This document shows, in pieces, positions 10,223-19,577 of a stretch of 64,000 nucleotides of DNA (the stretch's first letter is position 1; the number at the start of each line of letters is the position of its first letter). The notes under the pieces are model-generated. The model made no database searches. It was not told where the DNA came from and saw nothing but the letters and a program-made list of their open reading frames with translations. Source of the stretch: Candidatus Woesearchaeota archaeon. GTDB taxonomy: Archaea > Nanobdellota > Nanobdellia > Woesearchaeales > 21-14-0-10-32-9. Location: positions 119,736-183,735 of the forward strand of contig JAHKLZ010000005.1 of assembly GCA_020854775.1 (NCBI GenBank). The letters are read 5' to 3'. Position numbers and translations under genes: made by a program.

Positions 10223-10831
10223 TTGTTGTTGATGGAAATAAAGATTGATACTTCTAAGGATTCTAAAAAAGACATAGCTAAGGTTATTGGTTTGTTGCAA
10301 GATTTGATTAATGATGATTCTGCTAAGAGTGTTTATGATGAAACGCCTGTTCAGGAAAATGTTGGTTTTTTTGATAGGGATTTGAGTATTTCTGAGAAGC
10401 CTAGTACTATCAAGGATGATTTAGATAGTGATTTGTTTAGTGTTTTTGATTCTGATTCTTCTGATACTAAATCTTTTAATGAATCTAGTTCTGATCTTAA
10501 ACAAGATGTTCCTACGCCTAGTTCTTCAAGGTCTGGATTAGATTTAGAGTTTAAGGATGATTCTAAGCCTAGCACTTCTAGTTCTGTTCCTAGTTATCAT
10601 AGTTTTGATTATTTTGATAAACCTAGATCTTCTAATATTGATAATTCTAGTTCTGTGAGTTCTAGCGCTAGTTCTAGTACTAATTCTAGTTCTTCAAATT
10701 TAAGTACTTCTGATAATAGTAATGATGTTAAATCCTCTACTAAGTTTAGAGATCCTAATACTGATTTGTTTAGTATTTTTAATTCTGGTAGTAATTCTGA
10801 TAATAAAGATAAAAGAATTATTCCTTATTAG
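10223..10831 (+). CDS. Ser/Asp-rich low-complexity acidic protein (hypothetical)
   Basis: 202-aa ORF, largely SSS/DSD low complexity. Could be a real disordered protein or a frame artefact. Confidence 0.4.
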   Translation: MLLMEIKIDTSKDSKKDIAKVIGLLQDLINDDSAKSVYDETPVQENVGFFDRDLSISEKPSTIKDDLDSDLFSVFDSDSSDTKSFNESSSDLKQDVPTPSSSRSGLDLEFKDDSKPSTSSSVPSYHSFDYFDKPRSSNIDNSSSVSSSASSSTNSSSSNLSTSDNSNDVKSSTKFRDPNTDLFSIFNSGSNSDNKDKRIIPY

Positions 10832-12250
10832 TTATCCTTTTATAACTCCTAAGGGTTTAAGTTTCGCTATTAGTATTCCTATTCCTGCTTTGTTTGATAT
10901 TTGTACGACTTCGTCTACGTCTTTATAGGCGAGAGGGGCTTCTTCTGTTATTCCATTCATGGATGCTGCTTTTATCATTATGTTTTTTTCTTGTAGTTCT
11001 TTTTTTATTTGGTTCCCGGTCCATTTCTTTTTTGCTGCGAATCTTGATAGAAGTCTTCCCGCGCCGTGTGCTGTGCTTCCGAAGCTTTCTTTCATAGAAT
11101 TTGTCGATCCTGCTAATACGTAACTACTTGTACCCATGCTTCCTGGTATGAATATTGGTTGTCCTGTTTCTTTGTATTTTTTAGGTAATTCTTCATGATG
11201 TTTTGGGAACGCTCTTGTTGCTCCTTTTCTATGCACTAGTACTTTTTTTGTTTTTCCATTTATTTCGTGTTCTTCTATTTTCGCGATGTTATGTGCTACG
11301 TCATAAACTGTTTTTAGTTCTATTTCTTTTTTGAACACTTCTTTAAATGATTCTCTTACTTGGTGCGCCATTATGTGTCTGTTTGTCCATGCGAAGTTTG
11401 CCGCTGCGCACATTGCTTCGTAGTAATCTTTTCCTAATTCGCTGTTTATTGGAGCATTTATTAAGCTTTGATCTGGTAATTCTTCTTTATTGTTTTCTTC
11501 CATTTTTCTTATGTAATCAGAACATACTTGGTGTCCTAGTCCTCTTGATCCACTATGTATAAGTATCATTATTTGTTTTTCTTTGTTTATTCCGAATTTT
11601 TTTGCGATTTCTTCATCGTATATTTCGTCTATGTATTGTATTTCTATGAAGTGATTTCCTGATCCTAGTGTTCCTAGTTGTGATTTTCCTCTGCTTCTTG
11701 CTTTTTGTGAAACTTTTTCAGGATTAGCATTTAACATTTTTCCGTTGCTTTCGCACATTTCTATGTCTTCTTGTGTTCCTATTCCTTTTTTTACTGCCCA
11801 TTCTGGTCCTTGAGTCATTACTTCGTTTAGTTCTTGGTCATTAACTTTGAATATTGATTTTTCTCCTACTCCGGGAGGTATTTTTTTGAATAAGACTTCT
11901 AGCAGTTCAGGAATTTTGTTTTGTATTTCTTCTTTTGTTAAGTTGGATGTTAATAGTCTTACTCCGCAGTTTATGTCGTAGCCTATTCCTCCTGGGCTGA
12001 TTATTCCTTTTTCTAAGTCGAACGCTGCTACTCCGCCTATGCTGAATCCGTATCCTTGGTGAGCATCAGGCATCATTATTGAGTATTCTTGTATTCCTGG
12101 TAGACAAGCAACGTTTATTCCTTGTTTTAGTGAGTCGTCTTCCATCATTTTTTTTAGTAGTTCTTCTGATGCGAATATTTTTAGTGGAACATTCATATTA
12201 TTGGTTTTTTCTATTACGTACGAGTATTCGTTTATTTTTTTAGGATTCAT
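10832..12250 (-). CDS. rtcB: RNA-splicing ligase RtcB (tRNA exon ligase)
   Basis: MPDAHQGYGFSIGGVAAFD, GYDINCGVRL, SGNHFIEIQ, HSGSRGLGHQV, HRKGATRAF are conserved RtcB metal- and GTP-binding motifs. 472 aa. Confidence 0.95.
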   Translation of the reverse strand: MNPKKINEYSYVIEKTNNMNVPLKIFASEELLKKMMEDDSLKQGINVACLPGIQEYSIMMPDAHQGYGFSIGGVAAFDLEKGIISPGGIGYDINCGVRLLTSNLTKEEIQNKIPELLEVLFKKIPPGVGEKSIFKVNDQELNEVMTQGPEWAVKKGIGTQEDIEMCESNGKMLNANPEKVSQKARSRGKSQLGTLGSGNHFIEIQYIDEIYDEEIAKKFGINKEKQIMILIHSGSRGLGHQVCSDYIRKMEENNKEELPDQSLINAPINSELGKDYYEAMCAAANFAWTNRHIMAHQVRESFKEVFKKEIELKTVYDVAHNIAKIEEHEINGKTKKVLVHRKGATRAFPKHHEELPKKYKETGQPIFIPGSMGTSSYVLAGSTNSMKESFGSTAHGAGRLLSRFAAKKKWTGNQIKKELQEKNIMIKAASMNGITEEAPLAYKDVDEVVQISNKAGIGILIAKLKPLGVIKG

Positions 12251-12263
12251 GTTTTTGCCTTTT

Positions 12264-12689
12264 TTATAAATCGTGTACTATTTGTATTACGTGTTTATTT
12301 TTTTCTTGTTTTATTTCCATTTCGCTATAAGTTATTGCTTTTATTGTTGAGTGAACTTCGTAATTCTTTGCGTAGTCACCTATTAGTTCCGTTGTTAATT
12401 CATATTCTTCTTGGTTTTCTTTTATTTGAAGATTATTCGTTTTTTTTATGAGTAATTGTTCCGTGTCTAATAAAAAAAGTATTTCCTCTAAGAAATCATA
12501 AAGTAAAGCTTTTTTGTTTTTTGCTTTTATTTTTATTTTCTTCGTGATTTTTTCTTTTATTAGTTCCGGATTTGTCATAACTGTGGTTGTTGCTATTAAA
12601 GCGTTAGAGAATGCTTCTTCTATTGTTTCTCCGTACGCTCTTATTTTTGTGTCTGCAGTGTGTTCTAAGAACTCAAATTTTTTGTTCAT
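12264..12689 (-). CDS. archease (RtcB activator)
   Basis: FEFLEHTADTKIRAYGETIEEAF is the archease signature. 141 aa, immediately upstream of rtcB on the same strand. Confidence 0.85.
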   Translation of the reverse strand: MNKKFEFLEHTADTKIRAYGETIEEAFSNALIATTTVMTNPELIKEKITKKIKIKAKNKKALLYDFLEEILFLLDTEQLLIKKTNNLQIKENQEEYELTTELIGDYAKNYEVHSTIKAITYSEMEIKQEKNKHVIQIVHDL

Positions 12690-12732
12690 TAATACTTGGA
12701 AGTCTTTATTTTTATTAAAATGTTTTTGATTT

Positions 12733-13332
12733 TTACAAATCTATTATTCTTCCTTTTGGTCCTACGTTTATTATTTTTGTTTTATCTATGAATTCTTCTA
12801 GTCCTTGTGCTTCGTGTACGTGGCTACATAATACTATGTCTGGTTTAAATTTTTTTATTGCTTCGTGGACCGCTGTGCTTCCCGGTACGAATTTTGAGAA
12901 TTTTTCCATTTTGGTGTTTGCTGGATGAACGTGAGTGACCATTATTTTTTTGTTTAAATAAGATATTCCTTGGTGTGCTTTTTCTAACGTGTTAAATATT
13001 TCATTTTCTGTTAATCCGTGTATTCCTATGTTTGCAGATCCGCATCCGAAGAATCCTATGTCTTCGTATTTTACGCCGTGTCCATGTATTAATTTAGCTT
13101 TGTTTATGTATGATAAGAAGTCTGCTGATGCTTTACTTTCGTGATTTCCATGTACGAATATTGTTTTTATGTTTTTGTCTTTAAATGGTTTTAATACGTT
13201 TTCTAATGAGTCTTCTTCTATTAAGTCTCCGCATAGTATTACTAGGTCTGCTTTTTCTTTTTGTGCTTTGTTAGCTAGTGTTTGTGCTAAGAATTTGTTT
13301 CCGTGTATGTCTCCTGCGCTTAGTATTCTCAA
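12733..13332 (-). CDS. calcineurin-like metallophosphoesterase
   Basis: MRILSAGDIHGN, ADLVILCGDL, IFVHGNHES are the phosphoesterase motifs (D-x-H, GD, GNHE). Confidence 0.8.
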   Translation of the reverse strand: MRILSAGDIHGNKFLAQTLANKAQKEKADLVILCGDLIEEDSLENVLKPFKDKNIKTIFVHGNHESKASADFLSYINKAKLIHGHGVKYEDIGFFGCGSANIGIHGLTENEIFNTLEKAHQGISYLNKKIMVTHVHPANTKMEKFSKFVPGSTAVHEAIKKFKPDIVLCSHVHEAQGLEEFIDKTKIINVGPKGRIIDL

Positions 13333-13343
13333 ATTAGAACACC

Positions 13344-13949
13344 TTATTTTTTTGTTCTTTCTTTTATTTGTATTTCAGGAGTTACTAGGTTTATTATCGT
13401 TGAGGGCACGCTTTTCTTTTCGCCTTCATATATTATGAAGTCTACGCCTTTTTTTACTGATTCATTCAAGTCATCTAATGACGTCATGAAGTTTTCGCCT
13501 GTGCTATTGGCGCTTGTTGATATTATAGGGACTTCTAATTCTTTTACTATTTCTGAGAACCAATTGCTTGGTATTCTTACTCCTAAAGTGTTTATTCCTT
13601 GTGTTACGTTGTGTGCTACCGCGTTTTTATTTTTTAACTTTAGTATTAGGGTGAAGCAGTGTTCTTTTCCGTTTATGTCTAGTTTTTTTCCTAGTGCGTC
13701 AAAATATTTTTTTTGTTCTTTATTAATTTCGCAATTTTTTTGTATCCATTCTTTTGATGGTGCTATTACTGAGAATGGTTGTATGTTGCTTTTTTTGAGT
13801 TTTCTGATTTTGTCTACTAATTCTGGTTTTGTTGCGTCGCAACCTATACCGTATATTGAATCAGTTGGATATATAAATACTGATTCTTTCATTTTTTTTA
13901 GGTATTTTCTCTTGAAATTTGTTAATTCTTCTTTGTTTATTACTTGCAT
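13344..13949 (-). CDS. tsaC: L-threonylcarbamoyladenylate synthase, YrdC/TsaC-type (single-domain Sua5 family)
   Basis: VFIYPTDSIYGIGCDA, IRKLKK, PFSVIAP, LGVRIPSNW and ISTSANSTGE match the YrdC/Sua5 domain. Confidence 0.8.
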   Translation of the reverse strand: MQVINKEELTNFKRKYLKKMKESVFIYPTDSIYGIGCDATKPELVDKIRKLKKSNIQPFSVIAPSKEWIQKNCEINKEQKKYFDALGKKLDINGKEHCFTLILKLKNKNAVAHNVTQGINTLGVRIPSNWFSEIVKELEVPIISTSANSTGENFMTSLDDLNESVKKGVDFIIYEGEKKSVPSTIINLVTPEIQIKERTKK

Positions 13950-14071
13950 GTGTTAGGGTAACGAAAACTTATTTAAAAAGTTATTTGAAAAAAAATAGTT
14001 TATTGTTTTTTTGGTTAATTTTTTGTTTTTTTTTACAAAACTTTATATTGTTTCTTTATGTTCTTTTTGTT

Positions 14072-15277
14072 ATGATTCCTTGGATTAATAAGTATGCGCC
14101 TGTTTCTTTGAATGACGTTGTTGGTCAGGATAAGCAGTTGGAATTATTGAAAAAGTATGTTGTTAATTTTGAGAGTAGTAGGAAGCCTGTTCTTCTTTAT
14201 GGTGGTACTGGTGTTGGTAAGACTGCTAGCGTTGTTGCTTTTGCTAATGATAATAATTTTGAGTTAGTGGAGATGAATGCGTCTGATACTAGGAATGCTG
14301 AGTCTGTTTCTTCTTTGTTGTCTAGTGTAGTTAATCAAGTTTCTTTGTTTGGTTCTGATAAGCTTATTCTTGTTGATGAAGTTGATGGGTTGTCAGGTAC
14401 TAAAGATAGGGGTGGTTTGCAGGCTTTGATTAAGATTCTTGCCGTTAGTAAGTTTCCTTTTGTTATTATTTGTGAGGATGCTTATTCTGATAAATTAAAG
14501 CCTTTAAGGAAGATTTGTGAATTGGTTGAATTTGATTCTTTGTGTGTTGATGATATTTTGGTTGTTTTTAAAAAGATTTGTGCTTCTGAGGGTATTGTTT
14601 ATGATGATTCTGCTTTGACTCAGCTTGCTAGGATGTGCGGTGGTGATTTAAGAGCTGGTATTAATGATTTGCAATCTTTGTCTTTAAAGGGTTCTCTTAA
14701 TGATGATGATGTTTCTTTTCTTGATTCTAGGGATTCTGTTCAGGAAATCGAGGATGCTTTGTTTAAAGTTTTTAAGACTTTGAATGTTGATGTCGCGTTA
14801 GGTGCTTTTGATAATGTTTCTGAAGATCTTGATAAAATATTTTTGTGGGTTGAGGAGAATATTCCTTATGAATATTTGAAGCCTAAATCTTTAATGCTTG
14901 CTTATGATAATTTGTCTTTGGCTAATGTGTTTTATGGTAGGATTAGGAGGTGGCAGTATTATCGTTTTTATGTTTATTGTTATAATTTGTTGAGTGCAGG
15001 TATTGCGTTATCTAAGGATGAAAAGAATCCTATTTCTGTTAAGTATAAGCCTTCTTCTCGTTTGTTGAAGATTTGGATTTTTAATAATTCTGTTGCTAAA
15101 AGGAGAAGTATTGCTCAAAAAGCAGGTCGTATTACTCATACTGCTTCTAAGAAGGCTTTTTCGAGTGTTGTTCCTTTTTTACAATTAATGTTTCACAATA
15201 ATCATGGAGTTAATTCTTTTGTTAATGAGTTTGATTTGTCTGATGAAGAAGTTACGTGGTTAAAAAAGAAAGTTTAA
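14072..15277 (+). CDS. rfcL: replication factor C large subunit (AAA+ clamp loader)
   Basis: MIPWINKYAPVSLNDVVGQDK is the RFC box II-like N-terminus. Walker A GGTGVGKT, Walker B ILVDEVDG. The ORF-track start at 13919 is an upstream in-frame extension overlapping tsaC. ATG at 14072 gives the canonical N-terminus. Confidence 0.85.
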   Translation: MIPWINKYAPVSLNDVVGQDKQLELLKKYVVNFESSRKPVLLYGGTGVGKTASVVAFANDNNFELVEMNASDTRNAESVSSLLSSVVNQVSLFGSDKLILVDEVDGLSGTKDRGGLQALIKILAVSKFPFVIICEDAYSDKLKPLRKICELVEFDSLCVDDILVVFKKICASEGIVYDDSALTQLARMCGGDLRAGINDLQSLSLKGSLNDDDVSFLDSRDSVQEIEDALFKVFKTLNVDVALGAFDNVSEDLDKIFLWVEENIPYEYLKPKSLMLAYDNLSLANVFYGRIRRWQYYRFYVYCYNLLSAGIALSKDEKNPISVKYKPSSRLLKIWIFNNSVAKRRSIAQKAGRITHTASKKAFSSVVPFLQLMFHNNHGVNSFVNEFDLSDEEVTWLKKKV

Positions 15278-15278
15278 T

Positions 15279-16421
15279 TCATAAGAATTCTAGTTCTACG
15301 CAGAAATAATCTGATGAGGGATATTCTTCTGTTATTGCAGGTACTAAGTTTAGTTTTTTTAGTTCTTTTGCTTTTTTTTGTATTAATTCATAATGTGTTA
15401 TTAGTCTGTTTCTTTCTTTGTCTATTGTGAGTTCTTTTTCTTTGAATATTTTTTTGGTTATTAGTTCTTTTTTTATTTTTGTTAGTTGTTTTGTTTTTTG
15501 TTCTTGGTTTTTTCCTTGTTCGTATTTGAATCCTGGTTCGTGTCCTCTTATGTATATTGCTCCTCTCATTAGTAAGTATTCGTTTGTGAGTTCGTCTGTT
15601 TCTAATTTAGTGTTTTTTGCTCTTCGTTTTAGTCTTTCTCCTACTTGTACTTGGTTTTTTAGTTTGGCTGTGCAGTAATGTGCATTCATTTTTAGTTGTG
15701 AGCATTTTTTTAGTAGTTTTAGTGCTAATTCTTGACTTCCTTTTACTCCGTAGCTAGTATTGTTTTTTCTTTTGTATTTAGTCATGTCATAATGATTCGT
15801 GTCTGTGTCTGACAATTCTAATTCGTTAAGGTTGAGAAAATGTATTTTGTTTTTTAGAAAATTTATTAATTTCTCTGTTTGTTTTTGTTTTCCTGGTATT
15901 ACAGGTATTTCTACTCCTGTTTTCCATGAAAATTTTTTTGCTAGTTCTATTTTTTTCCAGTTCTTGTCATTTTCTAAGTCTGGGTGAAATCTTATTTCGT
16001 CTAAGCCTGCTTTGTATAATTTTTTGAGTTTTTCTTCAGTTACTAAGTCTAGTGATGTGTATAGGTGTATGTGAAAGTTTTTTCCTAGTTTCTTTTTTAG
16101 TTGTTTTATATATTCGCAAGTTCTAGTTATTTTTATTAAGGGATCGCCTCCTGTTATTCCTGCTCCTTTTGCACCTGTCATTTTCGCTTCTTCGAATAGT
16201 TCTTCTGGTTTCTTAGGATTTTTTATTTTCCATTCGTTCGCATAGATTTCGTCGTGAGCGTATTTTTCTGAGCTTATAGGGCAGTAGAAGCATTTTCTTG
16301 GACATAGTCCTGTTATGAATAATACTAGTTTTTTTCCTTGAACGCATTGTTCACATCCTTTACAGAGTTTTCCTGTTTTGTACGAGTTCCAGGATGTTTC
16401 TTCATAACTTTTATTCATCAT
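15279..16421 (-). CDS. radical SAM protein (COG2108-like, PFL-activase-related) with extra N-terminal Cys cluster and K/E-rich C-terminal tail
   Basis: CPRKCFYCP is the CX3CX2C radical-SAM cluster. Upstream CKGCEQC. Followed by GGDP (SAM-binding-like). Confidence 0.7.
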   Translation of the reverse strand: MMNKSYEETSWNSYKTGKLCKGCEQCVQGKKLVLFITGLCPRKCFYCPISSEKYAHDEIYANEWKIKNPKKPEELFEEAKMTGAKGAGITGGDPLIKITRTCEYIKQLKKKLGKNFHIHLYTSLDLVTEEKLKKLYKAGLDEIRFHPDLENDKNWKKIELAKKFSWKTGVEIPVIPGKQKQTEKLINFLKNKIHFLNLNELELSDTDTNHYDMTKYKRKNNTSYGVKGSQELALKLLKKCSQLKMNAHYCTAKLKNQVQVGERLKRRAKNTKLETDELTNEYLLMRGAIYIRGHEPGFKYEQGKNQEQKTKQLTKIKKELITKKIFKEKELTIDKERNRLITHYELIQKKAKELKKLNLVPAITEEYPSSDYFCVELEFL

Positions 16422-16462
16422 TTATTCATGATTCTTGTTTTTATTAAAAATAATTGCTTTTT

Positions 16463-17443
16463 TTATAGCACTCTTCTATACATAGTGTTTGCTAGAACCC
16501 ATTCTATTATTAGAAATAAGAATACGAGTATAGGTGCCCAGTAGTACAAATTATGATTTATGTATGCTCTGTTTGTTTCAAGAGTTATTTCGTTTATTAC
16601 TGTTTGAATATCATTTGTTGTTTCTACTCTGTGATATGTTCCTCCTGTTTCTTCTGACATAAGAATCATTATTTCATCGTTAAAACTTGCAGGTATTTGA
16701 TAGTATTCTGGTAGAAATCCTAGAGGTCCTGCTTCTGTGCCTATTGCTATTGAGTGTATAACTACTTGGTTTTGTTTTGCGTAGAAAATTGCTTCGTCCA
16801 TTGTTCCTGTTATGAATGATCCTGCGTTGTCTAATCCGTCAGATATTATTATTAGCATTTTTCCTTGTTCTGGTTTTGATTCGAACAAATTCGTAGCTGT
16901 TATTATTGCTCCTCCTACGTCTGTGCCTCCTATTCTGAAAATCTCTGTTTGGTCTAAAGATAATAGTAGTTCTGTTTTTTCTTGTGTGAATATTCTTTGT
17001 ATTTTGCTTACTCCTGCGAATGTTATGAGTGCGTACTCAGGTCCGCTCGGCATATTATTTACTAATTCTGATATTATTGATTTTGCTGATTCGAATCTTG
17101 ATGATCCTATGTCTGGTGAAGTCATTGAAGCGCTTGAGTCTAATGCGAAAATTATGTTTACGTCGCTTCTTTCACCCATCACCCATATTGTTGCTCCTGA
17201 TACCGCTATTATTAGTACAAATATTGTTAAGCATCTTATTATTAAATGGGTTAGATTGGCTGTTATTATGTTTCCTTTGTTCATTCTTTTTAGTGCTTGA
17301 ATATTTGAGAATATTAGTGCTTTTCCTCTGGATCTTTTTAAGAAGTAGTAGTGTGCTATTATCATTATAGGTATTAAGAATAAGAACCATAAGTATAACG
17401 GATTGTTGAAAGTAACGTACATTCTACACCTCTTTTTAAGCAC
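16463..17443 (-). CDS. von Willebrand factor A domain membrane protein (BatA-like)
   Basis: N-terminal TM helices followed by IIFALDSSASM (MIDAS DxSxS), then TDVGGAI and a C-terminal TM. Confidence 0.75.
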   Translation of the reverse strand: MLKKRCRMYVTFNNPLYLWFLFLIPIMIIAHYYFLKRSRGKALIFSNIQALKRMNKGNIITANLTHLIIRCLTIFVLIIAVSGATIWVMGERSDVNIIFALDSSASMTSPDIGSSRFESAKSIISELVNNMPSGPEYALITFAGVSKIQRIFTQEKTELLLSLDQTEIFRIGGTDVGGAIITATNLFESKPEQGKMLIIISDGLDNAGSFITGTMDEAIFYAKQNQVVIHSIAIGTEAGPLGFLPEYYQIPASFNDEIMILMSEETGGTYHRVETTNDIQTVINEITLETNRAYINHNLYYWAPILVFLFLIIEWVLANTMYRRVL

Positions 17444-17560
17444 GTGTTTGACTTATTTATTTTATATTCTTTTTTTGTTTGTGTTTCTTTAAAAACATTT
17501 TGGTTTAGTTATTTGGTTAAAGCAAATTTTATAAATAATACGTTGTTTTCGAGAATTGTC

Positions 17561-17632
17561 GCCTCTGTAGCTCAGCGGTAGAGCGCTACCTTGGTAAGGT
17601 AGAGGTCGCGAGTTCAATCCTCGCCAGAGGCT
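17561..17632 (+). tRNA. tRNA-Thr(GGU)
   Basis: GCCTCTG-TA-GCTC-AGCGGTA-GAGC-G-CTACC-TTGGTAA-GGTAG-AGGTC-GCGAG-TTCAATC-CTCGC-CAGAGGC-T. Clean 72-nt cloverleaf, anticodon GGT. Confidence 0.9.
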
Positions 17633-17710
17633 TTTTAATTTTTAATTCAGAATGCTAAGACAACTTGATTTTTCTATTTTTATAAATTTTAAAAAAAATA
17701 AAAAAAAGTT

Positions 17711-18154
17711 TTATTTTACTAAGGATAGACCTTCTGTTGTTTTTATTCTTAGTATGTTTTCTTTGTATGTGTCGTATTGGTTTTGTGCTTCTCTAAATAT
17801 TGGTCTTGTCCAGTTTTGACTAGAGTTATATTCTTTTATTTCTCCGTGTTTGTCCATTATTCGTACTAAGTCTAGTTTGTGGTCGTTCTTTTTGTTGTCT
17901 ACGTATTGTATTACTGATCCGTCTTCTCTTTTTACTGTTAGTACATTCCCGTATACTTGGCTTGTTTTTGGCATTCCTAAGTACTTGGTTCTTGATTTTA
18001 TGAACCCCGGTGTTCTTATTGCTTTTTTGAACATTACTTCTTCTTTTACTATTTCTCTGTTGAAGTCGTAACTAGATGTTTTAGTACAGCTAGGTGTGCT
18101 TATTGCTAGCATACTACCCGCGATTATTGATAATAGTGTTTTTTTGGCTGACAT
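17711..18154 (-). CDS. hypothetical secreted protein or lipoprotein
   Basis: N-terminal signal peptide MSAKKTLLSIIAGSMLAISTPSC with a Cys immediately after. Confidence 0.5.
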   Translation of the reverse strand: MSAKKTLLSIIAGSMLAISTPSCTKTSSYDFNREIVKEEVMFKKAIRTPGFIKSRTKYLGMPKTSQVYGNVLTVKREDGSVIQYVDNKKNDHKLDLVRIMDKHGEIKEYNSSQNWTRPIFREAQNQYDTYKENILRIKTTEGLSLVK

Positions 18155-18250
18155 TTTTGTTTACCTCTGTTTTTATGAAAGTTAATCACATATATAAATC
18201 TTTCGTTTTTTAATTACTTTATAGTGGTAACTCAATCGTTTTGTTGGTTT

Positions 18251-18685
18251 TCAGTCCAGAACTAAATGAATTAATTGACCCAGAATGATAACTAAAAAAA
18301 ACAAGAACGCGTATTCATATTTTAAATCAATAAACAAAGACATCATTAAAAAACTTAGAATGGCTGAAATTACAGATGTTAAAAACATTCCTTTAAAGCT
18401 ATGAAGAACCCCTCTATGCCTAAACTTTTTTCCTTTAAAAAAACTAAGCATTAATCCTGTTAGCCAAGAAACTAACGCGAACGGTAAAAAAAATTTGAAT
18501 ATCCATGAATTAGTTTTGTCTGCGTCAGGTAATAAAAGCCCCGCGAAGAACAAGTACAAAGAAATTATTGTTACCGCGACGTTTTGTTCAATTATTGAAT
18601 ACAGTTTTAATCCTAAGAATAAATCAAATAACATTATTGCGAATAATACTATTATTCCTGATATTAAGTGGTTTTTTCCTTTCAT
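18251..18685 (-). CDS. small polytopic membrane protein, possibly DUF457/YdjM-like membrane-bound metal-dependent hydrolase
   Basis: Four hydrophobic helices. HRGVLHS motif resembles the YdjM family HRGxxHS. Confidence 0.4.
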   Translation of the reverse strand: MKGKNHLISGIIVLFAIMLFDLFLGLKLYSIIEQNVAVTIISLYLFFAGLLLPDADKTNSWIFKFFLPFALVSWLTGLMLSFFKGKKFRHRGVLHSFKGMFLTSVISAILSFLMMSLFIDLKYEYAFLFFLVIILGQLIHLVLD

Positions 18686-18731
18686 TTTTAAGTAACATAA
18701 AAGTTATATATGCTTTTTAATTATTAATATA

Positions 18732-18842
18732 ATGGTTTGCCCTTGTCCTTATAAAAGTTGCAGTAATAACAATGATTGTGATGCTTGTAAATCTTATCAT
18801 CACGGCTTAGGTCAAAAGACTTATTGCGAGAAACAAAAATAA
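18732..18842 (+). CDS. 36-aa cysteine-rich micro-protein (6 Cys, 2 His), putative metal-binding peptide
   Basis: MVCPCPYKSCSNNNDCDACKSYHHGLGQKTYCEKQK*. TTATATAT box at 18704-18711, about 21-28 nt upstream of the ATG. Plus-strand-type codon usage. Not in the ORF track (shorter than 60 aa). Confidence 0.35.
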   Translation: MVCPCPYKSCSNNNDCDACKSYHHGLGQKTYCEKQK

Positions 18843-18852
18843 GCTTAAAAAA

Positions 18853-18958
18853 AGCCTCTGGGGGGAGTTGCACCCCCGACCTCGAGATTACATTGCGACT
18901 CGGTTTTTTTCCGATTATCGATACAAGTCTCGCGCAATAGCTACTATGCTACAGAGGC
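18853..18958 (-). tRNA. tRNA-Thr(UGU) with a ~33-nt canonical-position intron
   Basis: Minus strand: GCCTCTG-TA-GCAT-AGTAGCTA-TTGC-G-CGAGA-CTTGTA|intron TCGATAATCGGAAAAAAACCGAGTCGCAATGTA|A-TCTCG-AGGTC-GGGGG-TGCAACT-CCCCC-CAGAGGC-T. Same acceptor stem as the Thr(GGU) gene. Lengths sum to 106 nt. T-loop TGCAACT is unusual. Confidence 0.55.
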
Positions 18959-18996
18959 ATGTATTTTTGAGAAACCTTGATGTTTTAAAAAAGTTT

Positions 18997-19536
18997 CTAC
19001 TCAGCAAGTTCGTTGTTAGTTTCATTATTTTCTAGAAATAATATTATGTCTGTAGGGTCTTCTATTTGTTTTTTTAAAGTAAAACTTTTTGTTATTTTTT
19101 TTATTAGTTCTTCTGTGTTTCTTGCTTTTTTTAGCATCGTTATTATTATGGTTGCTTCCTTTTTTGCTGTTTTTTTTATTTCTTGTAAAACTTTGTTTAA
19201 GTCGTGAAAGTGATGTATTACTGTTACGCAGAGTATTAAGTCGTATTGGTTTTCTTTTGTATATTTTTCTAGGTTTTCTGCGTAGTCATTTATTGTTTCG
19301 AATTTTCTTTTTTTTAGTCCTTCTTGTAACATTTTTTTAGATGGTTCTAGACAAGTTACGTTGTTGAAGAATTCTGTTGATATACCTGTTCCTGCGCCTA
19401 TGTCTAAGACGTTGTGAAATTCTTGAGTTAGATTATTTTTTATTGTTGTGAGTTTTCTTCTTTGTTCTTCTCCGTGTAATTCTTCGTATCCTTTGGAGGT
19501 TTCTTCGTAGTATTCATAATCTTTTTTTTTGTTCAT
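18997..19536 (-). CDS. class I SAM-dependent methyltransferase
   Basis: VLDIGAGTGISTEFF is motif I (GxGxG), followed by an acidic motif II region. Confidence 0.8.
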   Translation of the reverse strand: MNKKKDYEYYEETSKGYEELHGEEQRRKLTTIKNNLTQEFHNVLDIGAGTGISTEFFNNVTCLEPSKKMLQEGLKKRKFETINDYAENLEKYTKENQYDLILCVTVIHHFHDLNKVLQEIKKTAKKEATIIITMLKKARNTEELIKKITKSFTLKKQIEDPTDIILFLENNETNNELAE

Positions 19537-19577
19537 TTTCTTATGAGAATTAAAAAAAATAAAAAAAATAAAAAAAA

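Noticed and set aside
13919-14071. Upstream in-frame extensions of the ORF-track models for RFC large subunit (13919), TatD (56757), the secreted protein (54608), adenylate kinase (24718) and patatin (53989)
   Set aside because: The extensions overlap the neighbouring gene and encode hydrophobic junk. Internal ATGs preceded by SD-like sequences give the canonical family N-termini.
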